This document shows positions 62,040 to 64,000 of a stretch of DNA of 64,000 nt, piece after piece. Location: NCBI RefSeq assembly GCF_018350175.1, contig NC_058373.1:117182001-117246000 (forward strand). The letters are read 5' to 3'. The stretch is from Felis catus. Its lineage: Eukaryota. The translations under genes and the position numbers were made by a program. The first letter of the stretch is position 1. Each line of letters opens with the position of its first letter. The notes under the pieces are model-generated. The model had not been told where the DNA came from and searched no databases. It saw nothing but the letters and a program-made list of their open reading frames with translations.

Positions 62040-62214
62040 CAATGATTCCTAAAGTGTGGTCTCCAGATTAGCAGCACCAGCATTGTCTTAGAACTTGGTA
62101 GAAATACAGACGTTTGAGCTTCTATGTAGACTTTAAAATCATAAACTATGGAGGTGAGATCTCTGTTTTAATGACCCTCCAGAAGATTCTCATGCATGTG
62201 CTTGAGAACCACTA
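62040..62214. mobile_element. MER5A-like DNA transposon
   Basis: aaagtgtggtctccagattagcagcaccagca...agaaatacaga...ttgagaaccact. Confidence 0.75.
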
Positions 62215-62479
62215 GTTTAGTGAATTAGGTGGACATTTTTCTAACTACCTTGTAGGTCAAGAAATAGAACTTTCCAGTTAACTCAGAAACCCCTCTATGT
62301 CCCTCTTCCCAACCACAGCTCCTTCCTTCCTCCTGAAAAAAACACTCTCTTGAGTTTCTCAGTAATTGTTCCTTGTCTCTTTCTAGTTTTTTTTTATTGA
62401 AATGCACAACCCCAGATACTATAGTTTAGTCTTTCCTGTTGATAGTAAATTTGTCTTTCCATGTGCAGCCCCCTCAGCA

Positions 62480-63765
62480 CTGTCGCTTTCTTTCTCATAC
62501 AATGTATCTATTAAAGACCCTAGATTGTTTGGCTTGTTGGACTTCCTAGAGGGTAGATTTTGCTGGTAGTATACTCATGGCATAGTTCCATGTGATCCTC
62601 TACATTTCCTGCATATTGGCAGCTAGATATAGAGGCTTTATCAAACCCAAGCTTGATCCTTTTGCCAGGACTGTAGGTGGTACTGAGTTCTTTCATGACG
62701 AGGCATAGGATATGTAGCTTTACAGTTTTTTGATGTTATCAAGCATAACTGTTCAATACTTGGATCTATTGGGAGGTGTATATTGGCAATATTCTGTCAT
62801 TTCATTTTCACTTTTACTTATTAGCTGGAATAATTTATGTAGAATAAATGTGTATCACTATATGGCTCCCCAGTGATAGATTCATACATGAAAAGCAGAT
62901 CAAAGGCTCCTTTTTCTTTTTATTTACCTAGTTTTCAAAATGATGAATTGTTTCCCTGTGATGTTCAGAAAATAAGCAGTTATTTATTAAAATGTCATTA
63001 TGAACTACTAGGTTTGAACATATTGGAAGACTGCCAAACGTTGGCAACCTTACCCTTATTAAAGCTCAAACTGCCCTTACCTTTGGCCAATGGGAGCTTC
63101 TTCCGCTTGCTTCCTGATTCCTCTTGATGGGACTTGTTCTCTGACTTCTTCCTTTTTTTTTCTTCATGTTCATCTTGTACATTTCTTATCCTAGATCAGC
63201 AATCAGCCATTTCTCCAAGAAACCTCCCTTTTAATAGGAATAAGATGAATAAAACCACAAACTAGGCACTCATGGCTACTGGCTTTGTCTTTTATTTTTT
63301 TTCTGCATCTTTTCCATGACAGAGCTAGGAAATATTTATATCTACATGTCTTTTTCTATACCTACATATAGATATAGTGGATTTATATATATTATAATTA
63401 AATATGTATTTAAATATAAATAAAGTGAAAATACTTCACAAATTTATTCTAAAGTTTACAATGGAGGACTACAGAGTTTTTACTTAACTTCTTCTCTCTC
63501 TTTCTTTAGTGTTTATTTTTGAGAGAGAGAACGAACAGGGGAAGGGCAGACAGAGAGGAGCTCTCTGTCTCCCAAAACGGGCTCTGCGCTGACAGCACTG
63601 AGTGTGATGCGGGACTCGAACTCACAAACCATGAGATCATGACCTGAGCCGAACCAACTGAGCCACTCAAGTGCCCCCACTTAACTTATTCTATATGGCG
63701 TCCATATCTCATTTCTTCCACTGTAAGAATCTTGGTTCTCAAGGACACAGAAGATGTTAGCTTAG
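62480..63765 (-). mobile_element. L1MC5-like 3' region, split by a SINE
   Basis: gattttgctgg...tttggccaatgggagcttcttc...aatcagccatttctccaaga...gagaatcttggttctcaag-like motif. Confidence 0.7.
63500..63678 (-). mobile_element. Can-SINE
   Basis: TSD acttaactt. Confidence 0.88.
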
Positions 63766-63774
63766 AATATTTCT

Positions 63775-63855
63775 TTTTTCTTTCTTTCTTTTTTTTTTTT
63801 TAAATGTTTATTTACTTCTGAAGGAGACAGAAAGGGTGTGAGAGGTAGAGGGGCA

Positions 63856-63896
<41 letters not shown>

Positions 63897-64000
63897 TGAA
63901 GCAGGCTCCAGACTCCGAGCTGTCAGCTCAGAGCCCGACGTGGGGCCTGAACTCACAAACTGCAAGATCATGACCTGAGCCAAAGTCGGATGTTCAACTG
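63775..64000 (-). mobile_element. Can-SINE containing (CA)n, cut by the window end
   Basis: Antisense SINE body; (CA)n at about 63857-63893. Confidence 0.93.

Noticed and set aside
1..64000. CRISPR array, rRNA or prokaryote-style system
   Set aside because: No regularly spaced direct repeats or operon-like ORFs; the sequence is mammalian repeat-rich DNA

Overview
Non-coding, repeat-rich mammalian genomic DNA from a carnivore, almost certainly a felid. The window holds 36 tRNA-derived Can-SINEs, several matching the young cat-type SINEC_Fc sequence (ggggcgcctgggtggcgcagtcggttaagcgtccgacttcagccaggtcacgatctc...), plus carnivore L1 3' ends. These sit on an older eutherian layer of L1M, L2, MIR, MaLR/ERV LTRs and MER5/MER46 DNA transposons. 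I cannot support any protein-coding gene, RNA gene or CRISPR array. The supplied ORFs come from SINEs, microsatellites or decayed L1, or look like chance ORFs. Retroelement orientation bias (23 of 36 SINEs and most L1 fragments on -) suggests a large intron of a + strand gene, which I could not identify. The best candidates for function are a 145-nt exon-like segment (53825-53969), a triple CACGTG E-box cluster (13411-13587) and several CpG-retaining patches (about 8.6 kb, 19 kb, 43.4-44.6 kb and 53.3-54.4 kb). Structural oddities include a triplicated SINE target site, a twin-primed L1 nested three deep, and an unexplained ~660-bp insert. I see no convincing new biological system. Repeat subfamily names are recalled from consensus sequences, and boundaries of the old repeats are approximate.
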